A stretch of 55,069 nucleotides of DNA from an uncultured virus (IMG/VR IMGVR_UViG_2049941000_000050) (lineage: Duplodnaviria > Heunggongvirae > Uroviricota > Caudoviricetes), in the IMG/VR virus record IMGVR_UViG_2049941000_000050; one strand, given 5' to 3'. Made by a program: the position numbers and the translations under genes. The notes under the pieces were generated by a model. That model worked only from the letters and a program-made list of their open reading frames with translations. It was not told where the DNA came from and ran no database searches. Of this stretch, positions 33,232 to 45,065 are shown in pieces. Position 1 is the stretch's first letter, and every line of letters starts with the position of its first letter.

Positions 33232-33870
33232 TTAATACCCAGTTAACGTGTACCCGACCTTAAAACCCACCAGCATTTTGTCTTTGTCGCCGATTCCACC
33301 GGTGTTGTTTTTATTGAACTTAAACTGCTTGTACGAGTTCTTGTCGACTTTCGAACCGCCGGAAGTCACAATCTGGTTGCCCTTAATCTGAACCCTGCCG
33401 TTTTCGTAGTTGGGGATAAACTCGACCAAATCGTCTTCGGAGTAATCGTTCTTGCCATCCCCGGAGAACCACCTGAAATACTCGTTTATGGCTTTCAGCG
33501 CGAGCTGTTTGGCGGCTTTGACATTGTTTTCCATTTTCTTCTCGTCCTCGCTGTAGTTGACCATAAAAACAACCCCGAACTCGAACTCCCCGGTTTTGAA
33601 TATTCTCCTGTCAATGTGCGTTCCGCTGAATTTTTCCACTTCCTCGACGTCGTCGGAAATGGTTCTCCCGTCTCTGCTCAGCCCCGTGTTGACGAAAAAC
33701 TGGTTCAGCTTCCCTTTCTGGAGATTTGTCCCTACGATTTTAGCGGCCTGTTTCACGGCGGCGTTGTGTAGGTTGATGAATGTTAGTTGGGGGGAAAGCG
33801 TGAGAAGCGTCCGTTTGTCTACGGCTCTTCCCTCGTTACCCTCGGCGTCTCTCATTCTGTTCGCGTTCAT
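33232..33870 (-). CDS. Hypothetical late protein (212 aa)
   Basis: Intact ORF with GGGAG upstream and a TAA stop. Shares the NLHN..., Y.K/R.F and terminal (I/V)G(Y/F) motifs with the upstream gene. Confidence 0.75.
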   Translation of the reverse strand: MNANRMRDAEGNEGRAVDKRTLLTLSPQLTFINLHNAAVKQAAKIVGTNLQKGKLNQFFVNTGLSRDGRTISDDVEEVEKFSGTHIDRRIFKTGEFEFGVVFMVNYSEDEKKMENNVKAAKQLALKAINEYFRWFSGDGKNDYSEDDLVEFIPNYENGRVQIKGNQIVTSGGSKVDKNSYKQFKFNKNNTGGIGDKDKMLVGFKVGYTLTGY

Positions 33871-33887
33871 CAGTCAAATCTCCCGAA

Positions 33888-35654
33888 TTAAATTTCCGAC
33901 GGCTTGTAGTCGCTTTCCCTGTCCGGATTCGTGACGACCGTGCCGTCAGACTTGATTTCGTCGTTGGATTTTCTCTTCACGTTTTTCAGATACTTGCTGG
34001 TGACGATGTACCAATCGAAAAAGTCGTTATCTCCGGTTCCGAAATAACCTCCGTAATTGCCGTTGCGACGCTCCGGAATTCCTGAGTACCTAAACATATT
34101 ATACAGATAACCGATAAAATCCTGGTTATCCCCCTCATCCTTTATGTATTGTCTAATTTTATTCTTCAGCTCGTCTTCACTCATTCTGGGCTTGGTGAAA
34201 AACTCATTTTCCAGGAAATCCCAAACGCCAACGGTAGCTATGGTGTGTCCGCCGTATGGGTTATCGGTCAACCACTCTTCTATTTCGTCTCGCGACTTGA
34301 AAATATTACTAACCCCGCACCTGTCCACAAAAGCGAGAACGTCATCGACTTTTCTCGGAGAGGCTTCGAACAGAAGTTCGCTACCTTCAAAAATAAAGTT
34401 TACCAGTCTCTGGGCTATGTCGGATTTCAGAGTTTCCTTAACTGGAGAAGGGGGGGATTGGGGTGAAGGTTGGGATTTCGGCATATCGTCTTGCGCGTTA
34501 TGGCGTCTCGAAATCGTCCTTTTATAAGAAGATTTGTAGTTGTAAAGCGACTGCAAATCCTCGATGTATATGACCTCGTCTTCTCTTACTTTGTGTTTGG
34601 CTAAGAAATTGAGCGACTGTCCGAAAGCCTTCGTACACACCTCGGCCACATACCGCCTATTGAACGAGTCGTAAGCCACGTCATCCCGGTTTACCGTTAT
34701 AACTACAGATTTCCAATTCTTCCTCGAACTGAACCAGGTCTTAACAAAATCCACTAAAGACTGGTCTTTTCCGGAAAGTTTCACCATCACGTCGGGGGTA
34801 AGTGTTCCTGCGGCGTTTAAATATTTCACCAAATCCGTGTTATCCAAAACCTCGACGTGGCAGTCGTTGTTCGGGTGGTCCTTGTCGATAATGTTCTGAA
34901 TGTAACCCTAAACCTTGGTGACATCTATTTCGTTAATTCCGAGAATGTTTTTCCACTCTTCAGGGGAGAAAATCCTTCCGACCTTAAGTTCTCCGCCGCC
35001 CTGGAATTTTATCTTGAAATTTCTGAGGTCGGCTATGCTCCCGCTCGCCAGATTTTTAAACGAGTTTCGGAAACCCGCCATTCTGCTCTGCTTCTTCGCG
35101 CCGCGAACGTAGTCGATGTAGCAGAAATACTGGTAGCCGATTACGCTCGGTCCTTTCTCCGGCAGTGCGGGTGGGGGAGACGAAACCGAAGAAGAGTCCG
35201 AACTGGAAGAAGACTGTGAACCGGACGGGGCATTTTCTGCCTCGAAAATGAGATTTACGGATTCCTCGACGTTTCTCAATAGTTTAGACTGGAAATATTT
35301 TTGGGTCTGCGATTCCTTAACCTCGATGGTGTCGGTTATCGGGTTTAAATCGTCCGGTCTGACCAGGTTGTCCTGTTCCGTGGAGAAGAAATATTTTATG
35401 TATGTCTTGAGGACGTTGAAATATTCCTCGCGGTCGTCGTCTGAGTCCAGAAACGGCTTTTCGTCTTTCGCGACCATCAGGATGCTGGTTTCCCCCCATC
35501 CGACCAGCTTTTTGTTGTCCTGTGAAAATGCGGAGTTTATAATGTTAACGTCGCTTTTTACTTTTCTGGCCTATTCCATCGCCACATTATGCAAATTCAC
35601 GACGATGTTTTCCCAGTCTATAACTTTTTTTCTGTAATCTACTTTATCAGCCAT
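33888..35654 (-). CDS. Hypothetical late protein (588 aa, two TAGs); N-terminal region paralogous to 33232..33870
   Basis: ATG 35654 lies downstream of a GTAAATA motif; the frame continues through TAGs at 35571 and 34908 to TAA. VVNLHNVAME*ARKV vs FINLHNAAVKQAAKI in the next gene. Confidence 0.75.
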
Positions 35655-35678
35655 TTCTAAAACCCGAAAATTCGAAAA

Positions 35679-35685
35679 TATTTAC
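35679..35685 (-). promoter_or_regulatory. Putative late promoter GTAAATA
   Basis: Intergenic, 24 nt upstream of ATG 35654. Confidence 0.65.
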
Positions 35686-35690
35686 CCAGG

Positions 35691-37031
35691 TTAAACGGTC
35701 ATTCTGGACAGCCGTAGGTTCTGTTTGTACGTTCCGTCCCTTTGGGACGGCTTTATTATGTGCCTGATTTCGGTAACGAACCATCGGCCCTTTATCTGCG
35801 AGTTTCTGTTCATCTGGCGGTTGAACTCAGTCATGTTTTTCGAAATCTGACCGGATTTGTCCGCCCTGTCGTCGATTGAAATCTCGACGATGTCCATCAG
35901 TTTTCTTTCCTGAACCCCGTCCAAATTCACGACCAAACTGTCGAACCCCATGAAAAGGTCGACGAAATCCTGGTAAACGTTGGTGTCGTTGTCCCACTCG
36001 CTGACCGACCTCTGGTAGTCGGTATTGTCCACATCCCTCAGTCTGCTGTCCTTACCGTATGATTCCCCGCCGAGGAAAAACGAAATTATTCTCTTCGAGG
36101 AATAGTCGTGCGGGACAATATCGTTGGTTTTCGGGTCGTAGGACATAACCTGGATTCTCGAGAGGCTGTTCAGAATGTCGGATTTCCTCATTTTGGACGA
36201 CGACAGCAGTAGAATCTTGCGGTTCTGGATGAAAAGCTCCATTTCGGTCCCGTTGAACTGCAATATGACCGGGTAAACCTTGGTCCGGGACAGGCTCTTT
36301 TTCGAGAAAATCCCGTATTTTCCTGAAATGATATCGTACGTGAGAAACTTTATCCCGTCGTCGACGTTTTCGGGGAAGAAAAACTGGCGGTGGAGGAGGT
36401 ATTTCGCGGCGGTCATCACGTTGTCGTTGACGTTGGAGACGTAGGGGACTTTTACGCCGCTCCCGACTTTGGAAAAACTCTCGTCGGTTTCCAAAACCTT
36501 ATGCTCCCTTATGACTTCGGAAAGGGTTTGGACGAGACTTGGCATTTCGTCCCCGGTTTTGTCCAGGTTGGAGTATTCCACCCGGTTGAGGAGGCTCTCG
36601 TACTCGATGCCCGTCAGTTTAATCGTGTACGGGATTACCGGACCCGAGTCGGTCCCTGTTTCGTCGATTTTAACGTTGTCTACAATGAACATGTGACTGA
36701 AATCCGGTCCGGAGGCTTTCTCCGAGCCGACGATTCCGTTGTTCTGGACCTCGCTCCTTCTGAAAAGTATGTGGCAACGGCGTTCCGAATACTGCGTGAT
36801 TCTCCCGAGATTGCCGAACTTGTCGTTGTATAGGATAAACCCCTCGGAGTACATCCTGTTCAAAGAGGTGGTTATCTCTATGTCGTCAATACAGTCGCTC
36901 TGAAGGTAAATCACCCCCTCGCTACCGTCGTTGTCAACGTAAATCAGCCTGACGTCGAGGGTGTATTTGTAGCCGCCCGAAAAAAATGAGTTCGGTGGGA
37001 GAGTGTCCTGTCTTAGCCTGGGGTCTTCCAT
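35691..37031 (-). CDS. Baseplate hub protein, gp27-like (~446 aa; GTG 37037 is an alternative start)
   Basis: N-terminal IDDIEITTSLNRMYSEGFILYND and C-terminal IKGRWFVTEIRHII...YKQNLRLSR are typical of hub proteins; follows gp53; TAA stop. Confidence 0.7.
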   Translation of the reverse strand: MEDPRLRQDTLPPNSFFSGGYKYTLDVRLIYVDNDGSEGVIYLQSDCIDDIEITTSLNRMYSEGFILYNDKFGNLGRITQYSERRCHILFRRSEVQNNGIVGSEKASGPDFSHMFIVDNVKIDETGTDSGPVIPYTIKLTGIEYESLLNRVEYSNLDKTGDEMPSLVQTLSEVIREHKVLETDESFSKVGSGVKVPYVSNVNDNVMTAAKYLLHRQFFFPENVDDGIKFLTYDIISGKYGIFSKKSLSRTKVYPVILQFNGTEMELFIQNRKILLLSSSKMRKSDILNSLSRIQVMSYDPKTNDIVPHDYSSKRIISFFLGGESYGKDSRLRDVDNTDYQRSVSEWDNDTNVYQDFVDLFMGFDSLVVNLDGVQERKLMDIVEISIDDRADKSGQISKNMTEFNRQMNRNSQIKGRWFVTEIRHIIKPSQRDGTYKQNLRLSRMTV

Positions 37032-37033
37032 TT

Positions 37034-37375
37034 TCACTCCCCGATGAGTTTAACTATTTGGGACACGGCTTCCGTCGGGACGTATTTAATTCTCGTCCCC
37101 GCCGGGACTATGTCAAAAATCGCGTCGGACTTGACGTCGTTGATTTTCATCAAGACCCACCACAGCCTGGGAGTTTCGTAAAGCTTGTAAGAAATCGTCG
37201 TCCAGAACATGTCCCCCGTGACGTCGTAATTTTTCGTTTTGACGTTTTTGAAATACACGGTGGAGTTTAAATTGAAGAAATACGGCTTACCGACCGTTTT
37301 TTCGTCGACGTAAACGTTGAAGAAGTTGTCGAGGTCGACCATTCTCGACGAACCGTCCAGTTCCGAAATTTTCAT
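37034..37375 (-). CDS. gp53: Baseplate wedge protein, gp53-like (LysM-like, 113 aa)
   Basis: YDVTGDMFWTTISYKLYETPRLWWVLMKINDV...VPAGTRIKYVP is the gp53/LysM-type signature. Confidence 0.82.
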   Translation of the reverse strand: MKISELDGSSRMVDLDNFFNVYVDEKTVGKPYFFNLNSTVYFKNVKTKNYDVTGDMFWTTISYKLYETPRLWWVLMKINDVKSDAIFDIVPAGTRIKYVPTEAVSQIVKLIGE

Positions 37376-38712
37376 GGTTTCGTCCCCCCGCCGTTATCGG
37401 TCGCGTTGGTGTTTCCTTCCGCTTTTTTCTTTTCCTCGCCGTACCCAGGGATTTTCTTGTTTATCTGTTCTTCTAGTCCGCTTATCGCCTGTTCCGCCAA
37501 ACCGTTGAACGGCTCCTTCCACCCGTTCTCCATATTGAGGTTTCCTGTATACTGGTAGAGGTAGTTGTTCATGCTGTTCGGAAGAAGAGACGTGAACGTC
37601 AGCGTGAAAGAGTAAATGTCCGGGATTTTTATCAGTTTATTCTCCTTAACCTTCTCGATATCCCCAAAAACGCTCATATAATAGGGGTTGACGAACCTTT
37701 TCAAGCATCTGAAAAACTTGTCCGACGGCTCTCTAGCAACACCCTTATACTCGCACTGCATCTTAGCCGAACACATGTAAAAACGGTTGAACCCCTCGAT
37801 TTTTATGTCGTAAACCGCCGGGTTGTATTGGAAAATGTGGTACTGGATAAAACGGTTCATCGGGAAAATCGTGTTCAGAAACAGGAAATTCTCGATTGCG
37901 CCGTCTGCGTCGTCGTTAAAAAGCTCGAACTGGACCTGTATTTCCGGAAACGCGGTTGTGGTGTTTCCGGTCCAGAGCGGTGTGGTGTTTATTCTTACCG
38001 TCGCGCCCACGAAATTCAGAATCTGCCCCAGCGCACCGAACGTTGTGGTTCCGGCACCGGCTATGCCGTGTTCGGTCCCCCACCCAGCCGACCCGTCGGA
38101 ACTGTCGATTATTTTACCGTTGTACGGAAGGGTGTAATAGTGTTTGGTTTTGCTCGACATTATCCCGTAATACATCAGGAAAACCAGGTTGAAAATGTAA
38201 GCCTTGACGGCTTTGCCGTTCGTTCCCCCTATCTATATGTTTCTGTCTATTACCCCGTCCATTCCGCTGGTGGGGTCCATCGAGGTAAACGCGGTCTTGG
38301 CGGCTTCCATTAGGCTTTCCCACCATCCTACATCCTGCTCTCTGGTCAGCTTGTAAAAGTCATAACCCTTTTTGACAAACGAAAACGCGTTGGCGAGCTA
38401 TTCCAGCCTGGGAGACTGTACGTACTCTCTGATTTGAATCCCCGGGATTGAGTTTAAGAATTCCTGAAACGGGTTACCGCCGGTTTTTTTGGCCAACATT
38501 TTGAACGAGGCGTCGTTTTTCAGACTTCCGCCGATTTCCCCGTAAACCGAGCGGGGGCAAATCCTGATTCTTTGGAATTTTTTCTGGTCCACCCCGGTTC
38601 GGTTGTTCCTGAACGAGTAACATTCGGCACCGGTAAAGGGAAGGATGTCCTCGTGGAGGGTGTTTTCTCCGTCAATTGAGAAAATGTTTTTTATACCGTC
38701 TAACACCTACAT
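37372..38712 (-). CDS. Baseplate tail-tube cap/initiator-like protein (gp48-like by synteny, 446 aa, three TAGs)
   Basis: ATG 38712 has GGAG 7 nt upstream and codon 2 is TAG; the frame continues through 38398 and 38233. Tube-like C-terminal half (FPEIQVQFELFND...NPAVYDIKIEG...IPDIYSFTLTF). TGA overlaps the gp53 ATG. Confidence 0.6.
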
Positions 38713-38732
38713 CAATAAACTCCGTTACTTTA

Positions 38733-41700
38733 TTATTTACGGGCTGTTTCCACCCTATTTTCGGCGGCGCGTTTCGCCGCCTTCTGCCTATAATCCGTTT
38801 CGTTAATGGTTACTGTGGTATTCCGGGTACCTTCTGTGGGTGGGTTTTCCTCCAGAAGCCTTTTCGGCGCGACGCCGATTTTTTTCCCGACGTCAGTAGC
38901 CCTCTATTCGAGAAAATCGTTGTCCTTGGAATTTTCTCTTCCGAACGCCTCTATACTCTACCTTATGCTTTCAAGGCATTCCTTTTTTTGAGCCTAAATG
39001 TCTTTTCTCCCGTCCTTCGAGATAATTTCCCTCGTCTGTTGTTCTAAAAGCGTCGACCAATATTTCATGCTGTCGGTTAGATTGCTGAAAACTTCCCCGA
39101 TTTTATGGTCTGGGGAAAACTGGCCCACGCCGCTTCTGGTCTGGATATTTTTCTCGATTGCCTGTTTACCCCTATCAAACACCTCAAGAAACGGTCCGAG
39201 ATAGATTTTATAAAACTCCTCGGCGATTCTGTCAAGAAATTCCTCCTGGAATTTTTCGCGGTACCGATATATGGCGTATGGCGGGGTGTCCACATCTGAC
39301 AATTTATTCTCGCAAATAATGAAATTCTTGTCTCCGTTCGCGGCGGTTTTTTGGTCCAACTGGGCCCATGTGTAGGTTTCTTGCGTTATCCGTCGGTATT
39401 CTGGAAGATATTTTTTAAATCTCTGTTCCGCCATAGCCACCGTCCATAGTTTGGATTTCGGGTTGGTGACGCACACGTTGAATTCTTTCGAGGGGCAGTC
39501 CCCGTCCAGACACACAAAATAAAGACGGTCGGAAACTCTCCCGAAAAACAGTTGGCGCAGTTTTTTTCTCACGTTGCTCCCGTAAAGGGTTGTGTAAAGA
39601 AGCGACTTAATCGCGGTTTTATTTTCCTCGTTGAATTCCCGGTATTTGTTGTTTCCCTTTCTCTTTACTATCTTCTTGGTTCTTTCCGCCTTATACATCA
39701 TCTCCAGAGCCCAGGACAAATCGGAAACGTTTACGCGACCCCGATTGACGCTGGTCTTTTTCCCGAAATACATGTTGACCATAATCTGTTGCATTTCCTG
39801 CTATTCGCACTCGCTGAATTGGGACAACTTCTTCGTTTTAAACCCTACATCGGCGTTTTCGAACTTTTCCTGGTCCCTGACAATCTGCTCTGCGGTGAAA
39901 TTTAACGCTTCCGCCACTTGGTCCGCTTTGGTGAAATCGACATTGCCGGTGTTTATTTCCGGCTCATATCCGGTCGTCAGTTTTTCATCGGCAAAAATCC
40001 CGGACGAAATATATCCCTCCTCGAATTCCTTATACTGGCCCCTCTTGTAGAAATTAAACCCGCCGCGCTCTTTCAGCAGTTTATCTATTTTATCCCCCAG
40101 CCTGTCCCCGACTATTCCGACGTTGTTCTCCGTGCGGATTAGGTTTTTGACCGCCTCACTATACTCTTTTTCGTCTATAAGGTTGCCTTTTAGGAACGTC
40201 AACAGTTTCAGCCTGAGAAGAACGGCACGCATTCTGGTTTCCGTGGGGTTGGAAACATCGAGCGTTTTCCCATTTTTACCGTCGACAAAGGTCTAATGTC
40301 TGAAAACCCTGCGGTTGACCGCATTGTCGAGGGAATCGATTATAGCGTTCCGCTCGCTCTGTATTAGTTTTGTCTCGCGGTCCACGATTTTCATTACCTA
40401 TTCATATTCCCCCCTACTTTTTTCCCTCTGCCCGGCTTCGGTAAACGACTCGAGAATGTCCCTCACGTCCTAATCCCCACCTTCGCCGATTTCTGACAGT
40501 TTTCGAATAAGGGATTTGTCCCCGACGTTCAAAAGATTCGGGATATTTCCAAGCTGGAACGGGTTTTTCTTTTCTGAAAGTTTCAACACGCTCCGTTCGT
40601 ACTGACCTCCCATCTCATTATGCGCTCGAACACCCTGAACGTTTTCGATGGTTTCGGAAAGTTTTTTACCCATCGAGACAAAAGCCGCCACGGAAACCAT
40701 CGACAGCATCGTAGCCGGGTTGAAAATCGCGGCTCTCGGGATAAAGTTCGCGCCCCAGCCGAGGATTTTCCCAGCCGCCCACGAGGCAACCGTTATTTTC
40801 ATATTTTCCGGGCTGAACGCCTCCACGACGTATTCCAGTATATCCCCGACAACCCCGGAATTACCGATTTTCTCGAACGCCCGCTGTATGTTTTTAAAAT
40901 TTACGTTCTTTACCGCCTTCTGGATTTTATAAACCACGCTGGCGACCGCCAGTTTAATCTCCGACATCCTTTCCATTCCCTCTGAGTTTTTCCCGAAATA
41001 CTCCTTGAACTTTTTTTCCAGCGAGGCATAGAGTATACCGAGGAAAAACTGCCCCTGCGGGGTCATCATGAAAAGCGTCAGCATCGGAATCAGGGGTTTG
41101 GTCAGAAATTTCACGGCTTCGCCGACGTTTTCGGTCACAAAACTGGTTATTCCCTTTATCCCGCCGATAATTTTTCCCGCCACAAAGGATGTCGCCTTAA
41201 AGAGGGTGCCGAACACTATGGACGCCAACCCAAACGCGGAGGTTATCGCGAGCGTTCCCGCCATCCCGATTTTTCCGAGAAGCGACTTGGATTTCCACAA
41301 CGCCTAAATTTCGGAAACCCGTTTCCGTATCTTGACTATGTTTTTCAGCGTGTGAAGTTTAAAGAATCTGACATTTTTGTAAATCTTCGCGGTTTTGGAC
41401 GAAAAATCAGAAATTCCCCTTACAACCTTGGAGGATTTTTGTAATTTTTCCAGCTGTTCCCGCACGTCCTTGTTTCTAAGAACCCGACTAAAAACGTCAG
41501 ACGGTCTGGTTTTGGCTATCTTTAGCGCATTCAGTTGTATGTTGTTGTACTTCGCGTATTTCTGGTCGAATTTTTTTACGGAAATCTTTACCCTCTCTGC
41601 GGCCCTTTTGACTGCGTCGTTTTCCAACGCCTCCCTCTTCCGCTCAACGGAAGATTCTTCATTTTCTACATTCTCTTCCGGTTCCGGGGTTTTATTTTCC

Positions 41701-42149
41701 TTTGAGAATTCTTGGACAACCTTCCCGAAAATCTCAAGAACACCATCCTTTATCTTTTTGGTGTCGTCACCCGAGACGAGTTTTACTATCTCATCCTTTA
41801 AGTCGTTAAAAATGAGGTTTCCCAGATTATCGACCGAAGTTATCTCATTTATGAGGTCGGAAATTGCCGAGAGCGCGGACTCCCGGTTTTTCTTGAACAA
41901 CTTTATGAACTGCCCGTTGCCGTCAGCTATGTTCTTCAAAAGAAAATAAGACTAAAGAAGGTTTATGTTCTTATCGTTTTTAAACTGATTACGCTTATAT
42001 GCGACGAAAATACTGGAGAGCAACCTTTTTAGGCTGTCCTTCATTTTTTTCTGTGAATCGCTCAGGTTGCCGAGGTCGATTTCAACCCGGCTTTTCTCCC
42101 TTAGCTACCCTATTCCGTACCTTCTTCTGACCTATACTTCACTAGCCAT
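38733..42149 (-). CDS. Tape-measure-like protein B (1138 aa, 11 TAGs)
   Basis: ATG at 42149 overlaps the previous TGA. One frame runs through TAGs at 42132, 42105, 41952, 41304, 40470, 40398, 40293, 39801, 38994, 38958 and 38904 to TAA at 38733. Gly/Ala-rich hydrophobic segments (IGMAGTLAITSAFGLASIVFG). Confidence 0.65.
38734..38740 (-). promoter_or_regulatory. Putative late promoter GTAAATA (gp48-like)
   Basis: Overlaps the end of tape-measure-like gene B, upstream of the GGAG RBS. Confidence 0.6.
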
Positions 42150-45057
42150 CAGTTAACTTCCGCTAAATCCCCCAGAACAGAGCCTTCTCCCTGGTAGAAA
42201 ATGAAATTGTTGTTGTGGAACATATTCGCCACGAAATTGACCATCTTTTTCCGTATCTCCCGATTCTCGGCGTATTGGTTATCAATCAGTTCTTTCAACT
42301 CCAGAATCTTGTCGAGGTCGGTTTTACTCGTTTTTTTGACCAAATTCTCTATCTTCTGGTGGACTTCTGGGTCCAGTATTTTATTCTAACCGTTTATCGC
42401 GATTTCTGGATTAACGGATGACCACTCGCTAAACTTCGCCGATGCCCAGTTGAACGCGGCGTGGAGACGGCTGGTGTTGGTCTGTTCCGCGTAACGTCTC
42501 CTCGCGTAATCTGAAATGGCCTCGCGGTTTTTGGGGGTGTCGGCAACACCGCGGTCGTAAACGATATAACCGTACGCCGCCCCTACAGTAGTCTTTTTTT
42601 CGGTAAACATTTCGTTTTTCTTGAGAAAACGGTAAAAATCGGTCTGATTCTGTTTGGAGACATTTTCCGAAATGGAATCGAAGAGTTTCTCCCAATCCTC
42701 GTTGGTGTCGATATTAAATCCGGGAAGCCTTGAATCCGTGGAAAGGGTTATATTCGCGGCAAAATCCTCTCCGACCTTGACCATTTCCTTGGCCCCCTAT
42801 CTTTCCCCGGTATATTTAATTTCGTAAGGTTTTAGCATCTGCCTATAGGCTATGTCATAGCGGTCCACGTTTTCGGAATTGTACATGTTTGCCAGTTTGG
42901 TCAGATACGCCAGCCTTATATTCGCCAGCCTGTTCAAAGCCTGGCGTTTCTACTGTTCGTCCAGATTTTCGAAATCGGTTCCAACCCTCGATTTCGAAAT
43001 CTGCCCCAGAACCGACTTAAGGCTTGCCTCGTCGAAAACCCTCCCGTTGGAAGTTAAAGCCTGTTTAGCTAAATCCTCGACGTCTTCAGAATAATCGTCC
43101 AGCTAGTGGAGTAGCCATTCCATATCGTTCATTTCAATGTGGACGTTTTCCACGTTTTTCTGGTGCTGAACCACGGTTTTCTCCCCGAGTTCCCGGTCGA
43201 TGTGTTCGGACAGAATCTACTCATGAATTTTGTCCCGGACCTGGCTTTGGATTTCGGGAACGGTTTTCCTCTATTCCTTTTCCGCCTCCCTGAGAATCAG
43301 CGACTTTTGGTTTTCTGAGTCGACGTTGTAGATTTTAGCCATCTAGAAACCGCAGTACTGTGCGGCAAACATCATCGCGTTCACGAGAAATCCGTAGTTG
43401 TTGGAACTGGTGAACGCTGTCATAAACCTGTTCTGTCTCATCGCGATTATGGCGCGGACTATTGATTCTCCGTTTGCGGACAAAAACCGCAGTGTTCCAA
43501 TTGACAGCATATTGACCCCGTAAACCATTTTGTAAAGGTTGTACAGGACCGTGAGAACAGAATTGGAGGAACCTTCTACGGGACTGAAAAGGTCGTTCAA
43601 TAGCTTAAGTGGGTTCTCAACCATTTTCGTGAAGCCGTTAATCGCCTTGGCTATGCTCCCTTCCGGACTCAAGTGTTTTAAAAAGAAATCCACCGACTTT
43701 NNNNNNNNNNATTCAGTAGCTTAAGCGGGTTCTCAACCATTTTCGTAAAGCCGTTAATCGCCTTGCCTATGCTCCCTTCCGGACTCAAGTGTTTTAAAAA
43801 GAAATCCACCGACTTTAGTAGGGGCACGGTTATGAACCGGTCCACTATCGGTGAGATAAAGCTCCCCACGAAGTCGGTTATGGCTCCGACGAAAAACCCG
43901 AACATAAACTGGTTCGNNNNNNNNNNAAGGGGCACGGTTATGAACCGGTCTACTATCGGTGAGATAAAGCTCTTCACGAAGTCGGTTATGGCTCCGACGA
44001 AAAACCCGAACATAAACTGGTTCGCCGGGTTAAGCAACGCGATTTTGGCTACATTTGAGAACCAGCTTTTCGTAACCAGACCGGTCAAGACCTTCACCGG
44101 GTGCTTAATCAGCCACATCGACTTCGAGAGAAGTAGCGTTATCGGCGAGAACGCTATCTTAACGGCTTTCCAGAGCGTGGTGAGCGGAATCGGTTCGAAC
44201 ACGCGGTTCATTTTCTTTCCCGTGTCGATAAAAGCCTGTCCGACCTGCTTCTGGGCGTCAGAAATTTCCTTTTCGACTCCGTTGAGGTTTTTTTCCTCGA
44301 TTTTCCCGAGGTTTTTCGTGTTTATTTTTACCAGGCTGTCGCCCGCGGCTAGATTCTGGTCAAGTATTTTCCTTACGTTGTTGGAAATGTCCGCTCCGAG
44401 CAGTTTACCGGAAATCTGCTTCAGTTTCGGCTGTTCGGTCTTGTTTGTTCCCCTGCTGGCAATCTCCTGCTTTTTCTCCGCGACGGTCTTTTCTCGCGAG
44501 TCCCCGAGAATTTTCTCGAACCTCCTCACGGTGTCCTCGATGAAGGCTTCCCTGGACTCGGACTTTTTCTGCTGTTTTTTTCTGCCGCGCTTTTTCTTCG
44601 GCTTTTTATCGTTCTTTCCAAAAAACTCGGAAACGATTTCTCGGATTTTCTCTCTCGACTTATCGTCAAGTTCAATTTTTTTCCCGGGAGGGGAAATTTC
44701 CGAAAGGCACTTTCCGAACTCCTCGATGATTCTGACTCGGATTTTCTCGCGGACAGTCTCGTTCGTCTCCTCGAAGTCAGACTTTTGGATTTTCCCGTAC
44801 TTATCAAGAATTTTCGCGACGACGTTCAAAAGGTCCGTGAATTCCACACGGTCAAAAACCACACGGTTGTGGTTTTCTTGGTCGGATTTTTCCCTGAGAA
44901 TATCGTCAAGTGCGTTGTAAACGCCGCGCACGGCTACCTTTACGGAATCGTCCTTTGATTTTATCGGATTTTTATCCCAATACTCATTGAACGAGCCGTG
45001 TATGCTGTCTTCCGTTTTGAAATTGTTTCGGTACTTGTTGTTAACCGGCGCGGTCAT
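42149..45057 (-). CDS. Tape-measure-like protein A (~900-970 aa; two 10-N gaps; at least 7 TAGs)
   Basis: Charged, helical-looking protein with a central hydrophobic stretch, following the chaperone genes. After the gaps the frame continues through TAGs (43343 to 42386) to TGA at 42149, which overlaps the next ATG. Frame across the gaps is inferred. Confidence 0.6.
43601..44023. repeat. Two ~100-bp near-identical duplications, each abutting a 10-N gap (probable scaffolding of allelic variants)
   Basis: Sequence left of gap 43701-43710 is repeated right of it with a few SNPs (e.g. ttggctatg vs ttgcctatg). The same occurs at gap 43917-43926 (gctccccacg vs gctcttcacg). Confidence 0.7.
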
Positions 45058-45065
45058 TACTCACC

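Noticed and set aside
43678..43700. TAA apparently ending ORF 43678..45057
   Set aside because: It arises from a frame change caused by the arbitrary 10-N gap; the duplicated sequence shows the protein continues in the 43343..43693 frame.
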